Below, piece by piece: positions 24,965 to 36,358 of a stretch of 64,000 bases of DNA. The stretch's first letter is position 1, and each line of letters begins with the position of its first letter. Location: the NCBI GenBank assembly GCA_038323195.1, contig JBBQGQ010000015.1, positions 33,527 through 97,526 on the forward strand, in the 5' to 3' direction. The translations under genes and the position numbers were made by a program. Source of the stretch: Acidimicrobiia bacterium. GTDB lineage: Bacteria; Actinomycetota; Acidimicrobiia; IMCC26256; PALSA-610. The notes beneath the pieces are model-generated. The model saw nothing but the letters and a program-made list of their open reading frames with translations. It was not told where the DNA came from and did no database searches.

Positions 24965-25733
24965 CGGACACCTCGGCGCGCAACCGGTCGGTGATCGTGG
25001 CCGCGAGGGTCGCGACCTCCGTCGAGTCGATGCGACGCGGCCTCGGTATGTCGACGGGAAAGATCTCCGCGACCCGACCGGGCCGGCTCGCGAGCAGCAC
25101 GACCCGATCGCCCAGCCGTCCCGCCTCGCGCACGTTGTGGGTCACGAAGATCACGGTCTTGCGCGTCTCCCGCCACACGGTCTCCAGCTCGTCATGAAGG
25201 CGGTCACGCGTCATTGCGTCGAGCGCGCCGAACGGCTCGTCCATCAACAACACCTCGGCATCCTGCGCGAGCGCGCGGGCGAGCGCGACCCTCTGGCGCA
25301 TACCGCCCGAGAGCTCGTGTGGTCGCGCCTTCGCGAAGTCGCCGAGATGCACCATCTCGAGGAGGTGGTCGGTGCGGGCCCGGCGCTCGTCGCGTCCGAC
25401 GCCACCCAGCTTCAGCGCGAGCTCGATGTTGCCCCGCGCCGTCAACCACGGGAACAGCGCCGCCTCCTGGAACATCAATCCGGTGCGGTTCGCCCGGACG
25501 CTCACCGTTCCCGACGTCGGCTGGTCGAGGCCGGCCACGATGTTGAGCAGTGTGCTCTTGCCGCACCCCGACGCGCCGAGCAGGCAGACGAACTCGCCCG
25601 GCGCGACGTCGAAATTGATGCGATCGAGTGCAGCAACCGAGGCGCGACCGCTCCCGAACACCTTCGACACGTCGGCGATGGAGACCGCCGACAACGGATG
25701 CGTCCGAGGTTCGAGTTCGGTCGTCGAGGTCAT
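24954..25733 (-). CDS. ABC transporter ATP-binding protein (NitT family)
   Basis: ATG at 25733. Walker A GASGCGKST, signature LSGGMRQR, Walker B LLMDEP. The upstream 126 aa of the track ORF overlap the binding-protein gene. Confidence 0.9.
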   Translation of the reverse strand: MTSTTELEPRTHPLSAVSIADVSKVFGSGRASVAALDRINFDVAPGEFVCLLGASGCGKSTLLNIVAGLDQPTSGTVSVRANRTGLMFQEAALFPWLTARGNIELALKLGGVGRDERRARTDHLLEMVHLGDFAKARPHELSGGMRQRVALARALAQDAEVLLMDEPFGALDAMTRDRLHDELETVWRETRKTVIFVTHNVREAGRLGDRVVLLASRPGRVAEIFPVDIPRPRRIDSTEVATLAATITDRLRAEVSDGR

Positions 25734-26797
25734 GAGGATATTGCCGGCTTTCCCTGGGCTTGCAAGACCTGGTTCAACAGCGTGAGGTCGAAGATCTGTC
25801 CGAGGTCGCTCGACTTCAAGAAGCCGAGGGCCTTGGCGTTGTCGGCGTTCGTCTGGAGCGACGCGGCAATCGGGTTGAGCGTGAAGCTGACGTGCGCGAA
25901 CGATGCGGCGATGATCGCCGGCTTGAGCGCCTTGCCCGTGAGCTTGTCGATGCCGTCGTTCACCTCTGTCTGCGCCGGCGCGGAATTCGTCTTGATCAGG
26001 TCGATCGCGTCGGAGAGGCCGCTGATGAGGTTCTTGATGACGTCGCCGTGCGCGTCGAGAAAGCTCTTCTTCACCATCAGCAACGTCGTCACGAACTGTC
26101 CGTTCGGCCACAGCGATGCCTCGTTGACGAGGATCTTTCCGCCCTCGGCGACGAGTCGGCTCGCGTACGGCTCTGGTACCCAGGCGCCGTCGATGGCCCC
26201 CGTTTGGAACGCGGTGAGGGTCGTGGAGTTGTCCTCGGGTACGACGGTGACGTCACCGCCGTCCTTCGTCTCGTGCAGTCCGTTCTTGTTCACCCAGCTT
26301 CGGAACGCGACATCTTGGGTGTTGCCGAGCTGGGGCGTCGCGACCTTCTTGCCCTTGAGATCAGCCGCGCTGTTGATGCTCGGCTTCACCACGAGGTCCG
26401 CGCCGCCCGACGCGGTGCCGGCCACGACGCGGATTCCGCCGCTCGTCTTCTGGTACGCGTTGATCGCCGGGTTCGGGCCGACGAACGACGCGTCGATGGC
26501 GCCCGCGAGGAGCGCCGTAGTCGCTTGCGTACCCGAGTTGAACGTCTTCAGCTCGAGCTTGACGTTCGGCCCGAGCTTGGCCGCGAACGAGCCGCTCTGT
26601 GCGCCGATGATCGCCGGCGCGTGCGTGACGTTCGGGAAGTAGCCGAGCCGGAGGGTGACGGAGTCCGCGCTCGAATTGCTCGCGCCATTCGTCGACGGGC
26701 CGCTCTTCGCGCTGCTACCGCACGCCGCGAGCGCGAGCGAGAGCGCGACGGTGATCGCGAGCGAGGCGACGAGCGGTCGCCGGGTGCGATTCTGCAC
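25730..26797 (-). CDS. ABC substrate-binding lipoprotein (aliphatic sulfonate/NMT1-like)
   Basis: GTG at 26797 lies 5 nt downstream of GGAGGG (complement of 26803-26808). Lipobox LALAACGSS. The body resembles SsuA/TauA/NMT1 binding proteins. Confidence 0.8.
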   Translation of the reverse strand: MQNRTRRPLVASLAITVALSLALAACGSSAKSGPSTNGASNSSADSVTLRLGYFPNVTHAPAIIGAQSGSFAAKLGPNVKLELKTFNSGTQATTALLAGAIDASFVGPNPAINAYQKTSGGIRVVAGTASGGADLVVKPSINSAADLKGKKVATPQLGNTQDVAFRSWVNKNGLHETKDGGDVTVVPEDNSTTLTAFQTGAIDGAWVPEPYASRLVAEGGKILVNEASLWPNGQFVTTLLMVKKSFLDAHGDVIKNLISGLSDAIDLIKTNSAPAQTEVNDGIDKLTGKALKPAIIAASFAHVSFTLNPIAASLQTNADNAKALGFLKSSDLGQIFDLTLLNQVLQAQGKPAISS

Positions 26798-26838
26798 GGG
26801 TGCCCTCCAATGACTTCTTCTCAACTAAAACAGTCGAC

Positions 26839-26867
26839 AAGATAGAGTAAGGGTCACGGCGCGTCAA
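26839..26867 (-). promoter_or_regulatory. candidate sigma-70-type promoter for the ABC importer operon (TTGACG-N17-TATCTT)
   Basis: On the minus strand, TTGACG (26867-26862), a 17-nt spacer and TATCTT (26844-26839), about 40 nt upstream of the GTG at 26797. It sits in an AT-richer stretch shared with the divergent Rrf2 gene. Confidence 0.4.
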
Positions 26868-26904
26868 GCCGAGGGCCGGTGGCCGGAGCGGTAAGAATCA
26901 CTTC

Positions 26905-27366
26905 GTGCGGATCACGGCGAAAGCGGACTACGCGGTGCGGGCGGCGGTCGAGCTCGCCGCGGTAGAGAAATCCGACAAACCGGTCAAAGGCGAGTACCTC
27001 GCCCGGCTCCAGGGGATTCCTCAGAACTTCCTCGAGAACATCCTCACCGAGCTGCGCCGATCCGGCATCATCCGCACCCGCCGCGGTGCCGACGGCGGCT
27101 ACCAGCTCGCGCGGCCCGCGGCCGAGATCACGGTCGCCGACGTGTTGCGTGCAGTCGAGGGTCCGCTGGCCGCGGTCCAGGGGATCCGGCCCGACGAGCT
27201 CTCCTACGGCGGCGCGGCGGAGCGTCTGCCCGAAGTCTGGGTCGCGCTACGGGCGAGTCTTCGCGACGTGCTCGAGCACGTCACCCTCGCCGACATCGCC
27301 CGAGGACGTCTGCCGGCGGTCGTGAAGGAACGCACGCGTCCCAAGGACGCCTGGCGGGCGCACTAG
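26905..27366 (+). CDS. Rrf2 family transcriptional regulator (no cysteines; CymR-like, not Fe-S type)
   Basis: MRITAKADYAVRAAVELA...IPQNFLENILTELRRSGIIRTRRGADGGYQLARP is the Rrf2 wHTH. The 153-aa sequence contains no Cys. Confidence 0.9.
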   Translation: MRITAKADYAVRAAVELAAVEKSDKPVKGEYLARLQGIPQNFLENILTELRRSGIIRTRRGADGGYQLARPAAEITVADVLRAVEGPLAAVQGIRPDELSYGGAAERLPEVWVALRASLRDVLEHVTLADIARGRLPAVVKERTRPKDAWRAH

Positions 27367-27396
27367 CAGAGCCCGTCGGGTCCGGAGCCGTCCGAC

Positions 27397-27425
27397 TTGT
27401 CAGGTCGCATGTAGACAAGTACAAT
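27397..27425 (+). promoter_or_regulatory. candidate strong promoter TTGTCA-N17-TACAAT driving a leaderless gntR-acn transcript
   Basis: TTGTCA at 27397-27402, TACAAT at 27420-27425, and the GTG start at 27433 exactly 7 nt after the -10. No SD is present. An inverted repeat ACTTGTC/GACAAGT (27395-27401 and 27414-27420) overlaps the promoter. Confidence 0.55.
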
Positions 27426-27432
27426 ACAGGTC

Positions 27433-28147
27433 GTGCGCTACCTCGATCTCGCCGACGCGCTGCGAGCCCGGATCGCGGCCCGCGACGTCGGTGCCGGGGG
27501 AGCGCTGGCCGGCGAGCTTGAGCTCGCCCGGGAGTACGGCACCAGCCGGGTGACGGTGCGCCGCGCCCTCGATCGGCTGCGCCAAGAAGGACTGGTCACC
27601 AGCCGCCGGGGCGCAGGTTGGTTCGCGACGCTCGACCCCGTCCGCCAGCCCCTCGGGCGGGTCACGACGGTGGAGGCGGCGGTCGAGGCCGCCGGTGCCC
27701 GCCCCGGACGCAAGATCCTCGCGTTCGGTTTCGTCGACGCGCCGCCGGCCGTCGCCGATGCCCTCGAGGTCGACCGCGACTCGGATGTGCTGCGCGTCGA
27801 GCGGGTGAATCTCGCCGACGACGAGCCGTTCGCGTTGGTGACCGTGTGGGTTCGCGCCGACGTCGGAGCCGACGTGTCCCGGGCCGACGTCGCACGCTCG
27901 CCCTTCTACGACCTCTTGCCGTTGCGCGGGCTCGAGCTCGGCTCGGTACACCAGACGATCACCGCGGAGGTCGCGACCGCGGCGACGGCCCGACTGCTTG
28001 CCTGCCCTCCGGGCGCGCCCTTGTTGCTCTGCCGACGCGTCACGTACGACGCCGTCGGCGTGCCCACACTCGTTTCCGAGCACCGTTACCCCGCCGATCG
28101 TACGACGTTCGAGATCGACTTCTCCTTGAGAGCAGGAGCTCTGCAGC

Positions 28148-28155
<8 letters not shown>
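27433..28155 (+). CDS. GntR family transcriptional regulator (HutC subfamily, UTRA effector domain)
   Basis: 240-aa ORF. ELELAREYGTSRVTVRRALDRLRQEGLVTSRRGAGWF is the GntR wHTH. Length and C-terminal pattern fit HutC/UTRA. Confidence 0.85.
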
Positions 28156-30423
<2,268 letters not shown>

Positions 30424-30427
<4 letters not shown>

Positions 30428-30894
30428 CCGTGTCGGGCGAGCTCGGCGGGGAGGTCGAGGCGCTTGGTGATCGCCTCGTGTTCCATGGCGCCCCACTGTT
30501 CGCGGGGGACCATCCACATCACTTCGAACTCGTTGTCGTCCGGGTCCTTGGCGTAGAGCGACTTGGTGACCCCGTGATCGCTTTCGCCGGCGAGCGACCT
30601 CAACCCGACGAGACGCTCGCGTATCTCGGCGAGATCGTGGATCGTGTCGACCTGCCAGGCGAGGTGGTAGAGGCCGACGTGACCCGGCTCGGGCAACGGG
30701 GCTTGCGGGCCGAGGGAGAACAGGCCGAGGTCGTGATGGTTCTGCGTCCCGGCCGCGCGCATGAACACCGCCGCGCCATTGCCGGCGTCGGCGATCACCT
30801 CGAACCCGAACGCCTCCGCATAGAACGCGGCCGAACGCCGCGCGTCCCGAACGTAGAGAACGGCGTGGTTGAGCCCTCGCACTGTCGCCGTCAT
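30424..30894 (-). CDS. VOC family protein (catechol 2,3-dioxygenase-like single module pair)
   Basis: ATG at 30894 (MTATVRGLNHAVLYVRDARRSAAFYAEAFGFEV...HHDLGLF...GLYHLAWQV...KDPDDNEFEV). The start overlaps the cysteine desulfurase stop. The Arg-rich upstream part of the track ORF is an artefact. Confidence 0.85.
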
Positions 30895-32006
30895 ACGGTT
30901 CGCAACCCCCTCAGGCGCTCGACGATTCCCGGGAAGACGTCCACGAAGCGATCGACATCGGCGGTCGTCGACGACCAGCCTACGGAGATACGCAGCGATC
31001 GGTCGGCGTCGACGCCCATGGCCTCCAGCACCGGCGAGGGTTCGAGCGTCTCCGAGGAACAGGCCGAGCCCGAGTGCACGGCCACGCCGTGCTGGTCGAG
31101 GGCCAGCAGTATGGGCTCGGCCTCGACGCCGCCCACACCGAGGCACAGCACGTTGGGCAGCCCTCCGTCGCCGAAACGGTCGACGCCGCGGACGACATCG
31201 ACGACCGCCCCGGCGCGATCGACCAGCGCGCGCTCCGCCGCGGCCTCCGCGGCGAGATCGACGACCGCGCACGCGGCGCCGAACCCGATCCAGGCGGGCA
31301 CGTTCTCGATGCCGCCGCGCCGCGCTCGTTCCTGCGCGCCACCGACGAGCAACGGCGGCACGCGCAGGCCGCGCCGCACGAGCAAGGCGCCGGCACCGAG
31401 CGGACCACCGAGCTTGTGCGCGGTCACCGAGCACAGGTCGGCGCCGAGCGCGGCGAAGTCGACGGTGACGTGACCCGCGGCCGCGCACGCGTCGACGTGC
31501 ACGAGTGGGCTCCGTTCCGGCAACGCGCTGCACACATCGGCGACGGGCTGCACGGTGCCGACTTCGTGGTTCGCGAGCTGCACGCTGACGAGCGTCGTGT
31601 CGGCGCGGACCGCGTCGATGACGGCGCCCGCGTCGAAGCGCCCGAACCGATCGACGCCGACGACGGTGACATCGGTTGCCGCCCGCGCCACCGCCTCGCG
31701 AACGCACGAATGCTCGACCGCGGTCGTGACCACGTGCCCGCGGGCACGGGCCAAGGCCCCGGCCATTGCCGTGTTGACGGCCTCGGTGCCCGACGACGTG
31801 AACACGACCTCCCGCGACCGCGCCCCGAAAAACGACGCGACCTGCTCGCGCGCCGTCTCCAGTGCGACCCGAGTTGCGCGCCCCTCCGCGTGCAAACGTC
31901 CCGGATCGCCGAACGACGACTCGAGGTACGGCCGCATCGCGGCGTAGGCCGCGTCGCGCAATGGCGAGGTGGAGGCGTGATCGAGGTACGCGCGCGCCGC
32001 CGCCAC
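30891..32006 (-). CDS. cysteine desulfurase family aminotransferase (class V)
   Basis: GTG at 32006 gives MAAARAYLDHASTSPL... It has the PLP-Lys motif SVTAHKLGGPLGAG and a C-terminal HSGSACSS active-site Cys loop. The start lies 10 nt after the upstream regulator's stop. Confidence 0.85.
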   Translation of the reverse strand: MAAARAYLDHASTSPLRDAAYAAMRPYLESSFGDPGRLHAEGRATRVALETAREQVASFFGARSREVVFTSSGTEAVNTAMAGALARARGHVVTTAVEHSCVREAVARAATDVTVVGVDRFGRFDAGAVIDAVRADTTLVSVQLANHEVGTVQPVADVCSALPERSPLVHVDACAAAGHVTVDFAALGADLCSVTAHKLGGPLGAGALLVRRGLRVPPLLVGGAQERARRGGIENVPAWIGFGAACAVVDLAAEAAAERALVDRAGAVVDVVRGVDRFGDGGLPNVLCLGVGGVEAEPILLALDQHGVAVHSGSACSSETLEPSPVLEAMGVDADRSLRISVGWSSTTADVDRFVDVFPGIVERLRGLRTV

Positions 32007-32016
32007 GACGGGTCGC

Positions 32017-32724
32017 TCAGACGCGGGTGACGCAGTGCTGGTCGCCGTCGGGGCGACTCTCGGTGAGCCGCGGTTGCGTCTCGCCGTACAGGCCTTCGAG
32101 CATGCCGCGGACCATGCCGGTGTCGACCGCGCAAAGCACATGAGGCCATCTCTGCGCGGCTTCGCCGAACGGGCAGTGCTCGGACACGAGGGTGAGCAGA
32201 TTGCCGCGCGCCTCGGCGTGGGCCGCGAATCCATGCGCCGTCAGCGCTTCGGCAACGGATGCGACGGCGGCCTTCACCGAGCGATGACCTTCGGTCGGCT
32301 CCATGCGCGCCGCGACCGAGCGGCCGTAGTCGTAACCGACCTCCTCGGCGAGCGCGTGGGCCTCGGCGACCGGCAGGCGTTCCAACGCCCGGGCGAGCAG
32401 CGTGGCGAGCAGGTCGTCGCGCTTGGGCGGGAACGAAAGATGGGTGTCGCTCGCGGACGCGCGGTAACACTTCGATGGTCTGCCGGCGGAGACGTGCCGC
32501 TCGAGCTCGACGTCGAGGTAGCCGCCGGCCGCGAGCTTCTCGAGATGGTGGCGGGCGACGTTGGGATGCAGCTCGAAGTGCTCGGCCACCTCCGCGGCCT
32601 TCGCACCGTCGGCCGACGAGCGCACGAAGAGGTAGATCTCACGGCGGGTCGGGTCGCCGAAGGCGCTCGTGACGGCGGCCACCGCGGCGCCGAACTCGTC
32701 CGCGGTGAGATCTTCGTTGGCCAC
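32017..32724 (-). CDS. ArsR-type wHTH regulator with C-terminal Cys-containing domain (SufR-like)
   Basis: 235-aa ORF. GDPTRREIYLFVRSS...AAEVAEHFELHPNVARHHLEKLAAGGYL is an ArsR/SmtB-type HTH. The C-terminus has HCPFGEAAQRWPHVLCAVD...DQHC (3 Cys). TACAAT lies 7 nt upstream of the GTG (leaderless pattern). Confidence 0.75.
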   Translation of the reverse strand: MANEDLTADEFGAAVAAVTSAFGDPTRREIYLFVRSSADGAKAAEVAEHFELHPNVARHHLEKLAAGGYLDVELERHVSAGRPSKCYRASASDTHLSFPPKRDDLLATLLARALERLPVAEAHALAEEVGYDYGRSVAARMEPTEGHRSVKAAVASVAEALTAHGFAAHAEARGNLLTLVSEHCPFGEAAQRWPHVLCAVDTGMVRGMLEGLYGETQPRLTESRPDGDQHCVTRV

Positions 32725-32730
32725 GCTGGG

Positions 32731-32737
32731 TATTGTA
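32731..32737. promoter_or_regulatory. overlapping back-to-back -10 elements (TATTGT on plus / TACAAT on minus) in a 50-bp divergent intergenic region
   Basis: The sequence TATTGTA (32731-32737) reads TATTGT on the plus strand, upstream of mrp, which has a GGGAGG SD. On the minus strand it reads TACAAT, 7 nt before the GTG at 32724. The adjacent CTACGTCCGTAG (32739-32750) is a 5+5 palindrome. Confidence 0.4.
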
Positions 32738-32774
32738 CCTACGTCCGTAGTGGAAATTCCCGGGAGGCCCAGCC

Positions 32775-33914
32775 ATGCCCAGCGAGGCGCACTCCGGGGC
32801 CCCCACCGAGGCGCAGGTGCTCGAAGCCCTCCGCCCCGTCGAGGATCCCGAGATCCACCGCTCGATCGTCGAGCTGAACATGGTGCGCGGCGTCCAGATC
32901 GACGCCGGGAACGTCAAGGTGACGGTCGCATTGACCGTCGCCGGCTGCCCGATGCGCGCCGAGATCATCCGGCTCGTCACCGACGCGGTGGCACCGCTCG
33001 CGGGTGTCGCCCACGTCGACGTCGACCTCGGCGTCATGACCGACGAGGAGCGAGGAGCCCTCTCGCAGCAGCTCCAGGGTGGGCACGCGCAGGGGAGCGA
33101 CGGCCAGGAGCATCGGACCAACCCCTTCACCGATTCCAACACCCGCGTGCTCGCGATCTCCTCGGGCAAGGGCGGGGTCGGGAAATCGTCGGTGACGACG
33201 AACCTCGCGGTCGCGCTGGCCCAGCGGGGTCGCAAAGTCGCCGCGGTCGACGCCGACGTATGGGGCTTCTCGATGCCCCGCATGCTCGGCATCGACCGTC
33301 CGCCGACGGTGATCGACGAGGTCATCGTCCCGCCCGACGCCAACGGAGTCACACTGATCTCGATGGGGTTCTTCGCGCGCGAGGACCAGCCGGTGGTGTG
33401 GCGCGGCCCGATGTTGCACAAGGCGCTCGAGCAGTTCCTCACCGACGTCCACTGGGGTGAGCCCGACTACCTGATCGTCGACATGCCGCCGGGCACCGGC
33501 GACATCGCGTTGTCGATGGCGCAATTCCTCCCGCGTGCGGAGGTCCTCATCGTGACGACGCCGCAGCCCGCCGCGCAGAAGGTCGCGCAGCGCGCGGCGT
33601 ACATGGCGCGCAAGGTCAACCTCTCGGTCGTCGGCGTCATCGAGAACATGTCGTGGTTCCAGTGCGACCACGGCACGGAGTACCGCCTGTTCGGTGAGGG
33701 CGGCGGCCAGGAGCTTGCCGATCAGCTCGAAGTGCCGCTGCTCGGGCAGGTTCCCCTCGTCCCGGAGCTCCGCGCCGGGTCCGACAACGGCGAGCCGATC
33801 GTGGTCACCAATCCGACCGACCCCGCCTCGCGGGTGTTCGGCGCGATGGCCGAGCGGCTCGACGTGGAGATGGCGCCCAAGCGCATCTACCGAACCCAGC
33901 TCAAGATCGTCTGA
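32775..33914 (+). CDS. mrp: Fe-S cluster carrier ATPase Mrp/ApbC with N-terminal DUF59/MIP18 domain
   Basis: 379-aa ORF. The N-terminus is DUF59-like (VLEALRPVEDPEIHRSIVELNMV), followed by the deviant Walker A SGKGGVGKSS and the CxxC-region pattern of Mrp/NBP35 proteins. Confidence 0.9.
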   Translation: MPSEAHSGAPTEAQVLEALRPVEDPEIHRSIVELNMVRGVQIDAGNVKVTVALTVAGCPMRAEIIRLVTDAVAPLAGVAHVDVDLGVMTDEERGALSQQLQGGHAQGSDGQEHRTNPFTDSNTRVLAISSGKGGVGKSSVTTNLAVALAQRGRKVAAVDADVWGFSMPRMLGIDRPPTVIDEVIVPPDANGVTLISMGFFAREDQPVVWRGPMLHKALEQFLTDVHWGEPDYLIVDMPPGTGDIALSMAQFLPRAEVLIVTTPQPAAQKVAQRAAYMARKVNLSVVGVIENMSWFQCDHGTEYRLFGEGGGQELADQLEVPLLGQVPLVPELRAGSDNGEPIVVTNPTDPASRVFGAMAERLDVEMAPKRIYRTQLKIV

Positions 33915-33931
33915 CGGCTAGGGTCCAGCGC

Positions 33932-34162
33932 ATGGAAGTACGGATCGGCGTGGTGTACACGGCCCGCGAGCTCACCGTCGAGACCGACGACTCGGTCGAC
34001 GGAGTGACGGCTGCCATCGAGGGCGCGATGGCGAAGGGCGACTCGTTGTTGTGGCTCACCGACACGAAGGGCCGACGCATTGGTGTGCCCGTCGACAAGA
34101 TCGCCTACGTCGAGGTTGCGGCCGACGCGGGTGGCCGCAAGGTCGGCTTCGGCGCGAGCTAG
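33932..34162 (+). CDS. DUF3107 family protein
   Basis: 76-aa ORF, MEVRIGVVYTARELTVETDDS...LLWLTDTKGRRIGVPVDKIAYVEV...RKVGFG. It matches my memory of the actinobacterial DUF3107 family and its position next to the ArsA-like pair. Confidence 0.75.
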   Translation: MEVRIGVVYTARELTVETDDSVDGVTAAIEGAMAKGDSLLWLTDTKGRRIGVPVDKIAYVEVAADAGGRKVGFGAS

Positions 34163-34175
34163 TACGCACGCCGTC

Positions 34176-35144
34176 GTGAACGGGCCCGCGCCCGAGCTGC
34201 TCGACCGACGTCTGCTCTTCTTCACGGGCAAGGGCGGGGTCGGCAAGACGACGATGGCCGCGGCCACCGCGCTCCTCGCGTCGAGCATCGGCAAGCGCGT
34301 CCTGCTCGTCGAGGTCGACGCCAAGGGCGACATCCCCGCGCATTTCGAGCACTCGCCGGTCGGCTTCACGCCGCGCGAGATCCATCCGGGCGTGCTCGCG
34401 ATGGCGATGGACACCGAGGCATCTCTGCAGGAGTACCTCCGCCTGAACCTCCGCGTACCGGTGATCGGACGGATCGGGCCACTGGCGCGCGTCCTCGACT
34501 TCGTCGCGACCGCGGCCCCCGGCGTGAAGGAGATCCTGACGATCGGCAAGATCGTCTGGGAGGTGCGCGAGGCGATCGAAGGGCGAGCCGACTTCGATCT
34601 CGTCGTCGTCGACGCGGCCGCGACCGGGCACATCGTCGCCCAGCTGGGCGCGGCCGACGCCATTCGCGAGCTGGTCGACGTCGGACCGCTGCGCAGCCAG
34701 ACCCAGTGGGTGTCCGACCTGCTCGCCGACCCGTCCGTCACCGCGGTCAACGTTGTCACGACGCCCGAGGAGATGCCCGTGGCGGAGACGATCGAATTGG
34801 TCGACCGCATCCGGCGGGAGGTCAAGGTGCCGCTCGGAACCGTCGTCGTCAACCGGGTGCTCCCCGAGTTGTTCACCCGGGCCGACGAGGAGACCTTCGA
34901 CACGTTGCGCACGCCCGGGCCGCGCGAGCTGCTCACCGCACGCGTCGGGCCCGGCGCGACCGATGTGCTCGACGCGGCACGGCTCGCGGTCTCGTTGCGT
35001 CGCACCGGCGCGACCCATCTCGAGCTCCTTCGACAGTCGGTCGACCTGCCGCTCTTGTACGTGCCGTACCTCTTCGTGCGCGCGCACGGTCTGCGCGTGA
35101 CGCGCATGGTGGCCGACGCGCTGGCTGCGGAGCTGGGACTGTGA
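34176..35144 (+). CDS. ArsA/Get3-like ATPase (first of pair)
   Basis: GTG at 34176 gives MNGPAPELLDRRLLFFTGKGGVGKTTMAAATAL. It has the deviant Walker A of the ArsA/Get3 family and is about 322 aa. Confidence 0.85.
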   Translation: MNGPAPELLDRRLLFFTGKGGVGKTTMAAATALLASSIGKRVLLVEVDAKGDIPAHFEHSPVGFTPREIHPGVLAMAMDTEASLQEYLRLNLRVPVIGRIGPLARVLDFVATAAPGVKEILTIGKIVWEVREAIEGRADFDLVVVDAAATGHIVAQLGAADAIRELVDVGPLRSQTQWVSDLLADPSVTAVNVVTTPEEMPVAETIELVDRIRREVKVPLGTVVVNRVLPELFTRADEETFDTLRTPGPRELLTARVGPGATDVLDAARLAVSLRRTGATHLELLRQSVDLPLLYVPYLFVRAHGLRVTRMVADALAAELGL

Positions 35145-36358
35145 ACGCGCGTCGATCAGCCGCTCACGATCCGGTAACCCTCGAGCAGCTCCTCGCCGCC
35201 AAGGAGATCGTCGTCTTCTGCGGTTCGGGCGGCGTCGGGAAGACGTCGGTCGCAGCTGCGGCCGCGCTCGGCGCGACCGTCCATCTCGGAGGCAAGGTGC
35301 TCGTGCTCACCATCGACCCGGCGCGGCGCCTCGCGACCGCGCTCGGGCTGGAAGGGCTCGGCAACCGCGCCAACCGCGTCGCGCCCGAGGTGCTGAAAGC
35401 CGCCGGGATCGAGGCACGCGGCGAGCTCTGGGCGGCGATGCTCGACACGAAGCAGTCGTGGGACGATCTCGTGCTGCGGCATGCGCCCGACGAGGAGACC
35501 GCATATCGCATCCTCGAGAACCGGCTGTACCACAACCTCACCGCGCGGTTCGTGCAGAGTCACGACTACATCGCAATGGAGCGTCTGTTCGAGATCCACG
35601 CCAGCGGCGAGTACGACCTCATCGTGATCGACACGCCCCCGACCCGCAACGCGATCGACTTTCTCGACGCGCCGGCCCGGATGGCCGACTTCTTCGGCAG
35701 CCGGCTGCTGCGTTGGCTGACCCTGCCGTACCGGGTCGGCGGCAGGCGCGGCACGCGCGTGCTGAACGTCGCGAGCCGACCCTTCTACCAGATGGCCGAC
35801 CGGATCCTCGGCAGCCAGTTCCTGCGCGACATCGCGGAATTCTTCTTGAACTTCCAGTCGATGTATTCCGGATTCGTCACACGGGCGCGCGCCGTCGAGC
35901 GCTTGCTCCACGACAAACGCACGACGTTCGCGGTGGTGACGACCCTCGAGGCGGCGCCGCTGCACGAGGCCGAACGCTTCTGCGAGGTGCTCGTCGCGCG
36001 CGACTTCCATCTGGGTGCGCTGGTGCTCAACAAGACGCTCCCCGACTCGCTGCGCGACCCCGCCGGTGCCGCGGCCGCGGGCGCCTGCATCGACGACGCC
36101 GGCCCCCTCGCCGACGCGCTCCTCGATCCGAACGACCCGGCGCTCGCAGATCGTGAGCGAACCGCACGCGTGCTGCGAACCGTGGGCGAGTCGTACCGGA
36201 ACTTCTCGGTCGTGGCGATGCGCGAGGCCGAGCTGCGCGCCGAGCTCGCCCGCAAGCCCGATGTCGTGGCGCGCGTGCCCACCTTCCCCGACGACATCAG
36301 CGACGTCGGCGGCCTCGACGCCATCAGCCGCTATCTCTTCAACGGAGACGTCACGTGA
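35141..36358 (+). CDS. ArsA/Get3-like ATPase (second of pair)
   Basis: GTG at 35141 overlaps the upstream stop (GTGA). IVVFCGSGGVGKTSVAAAAAL...VLTIDPARRLA...YDLIVIDTPPT. Confidence 0.85.
   Translation: MNARRSAAHDPVTLEQLLAAKEIVVFCGSGGVGKTSVAAAAALGATVHLGGKVLVLTIDPARRLATALGLEGLGNRANRVAPEVLKAAGIEARGELWAAMLDTKQSWDDLVLRHAPDEETAYRILENRLYHNLTARFVQSHDYIAMERLFEIHASGEYDLIVIDTPPTRNAIDFLDAPARMADFFGSRLLRWLTLPYRVGGRRGTRVLNVASRPFYQMADRILGSQFLRDIAEFFLNFQSMYSGFVTRARAVERLLHDKRTTFAVVTTLEAAPLHEAERFCEVLVARDFHLGALVLNKTLPDSLRDPAGAAAAGACIDDAGPLADALLDPNDPALADRERTARVLRTVGESYRNFSVVAMREAELRAELARKPDVVARVPTFPDDISDVGGLDAISRYLFNGDVT

Noticed and set aside
24459-26642. 727-aa plus-strand ORF, the longest unannotated ORF in the track
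   Set aside because: It lies entirely antisense to three well-supported ABC transporter genes. Its translation is a low-complexity Ala/Arg/Ser/Thr/Pro-rich sequence with no motifs, the typical high-GC shadow ORF.
30895-31707. Arg-rich 427-aa minus-strand ORF 30424..31707 and the plus-strand ORFs 30430..31473 and 30869..31468
   Set aside because: Only the C-terminal 156 aa (from the ATG at 30894) form a VOC domain. The remainder overlaps the cysteine desulfurase gene in another frame and is more than 30 percent Arg.
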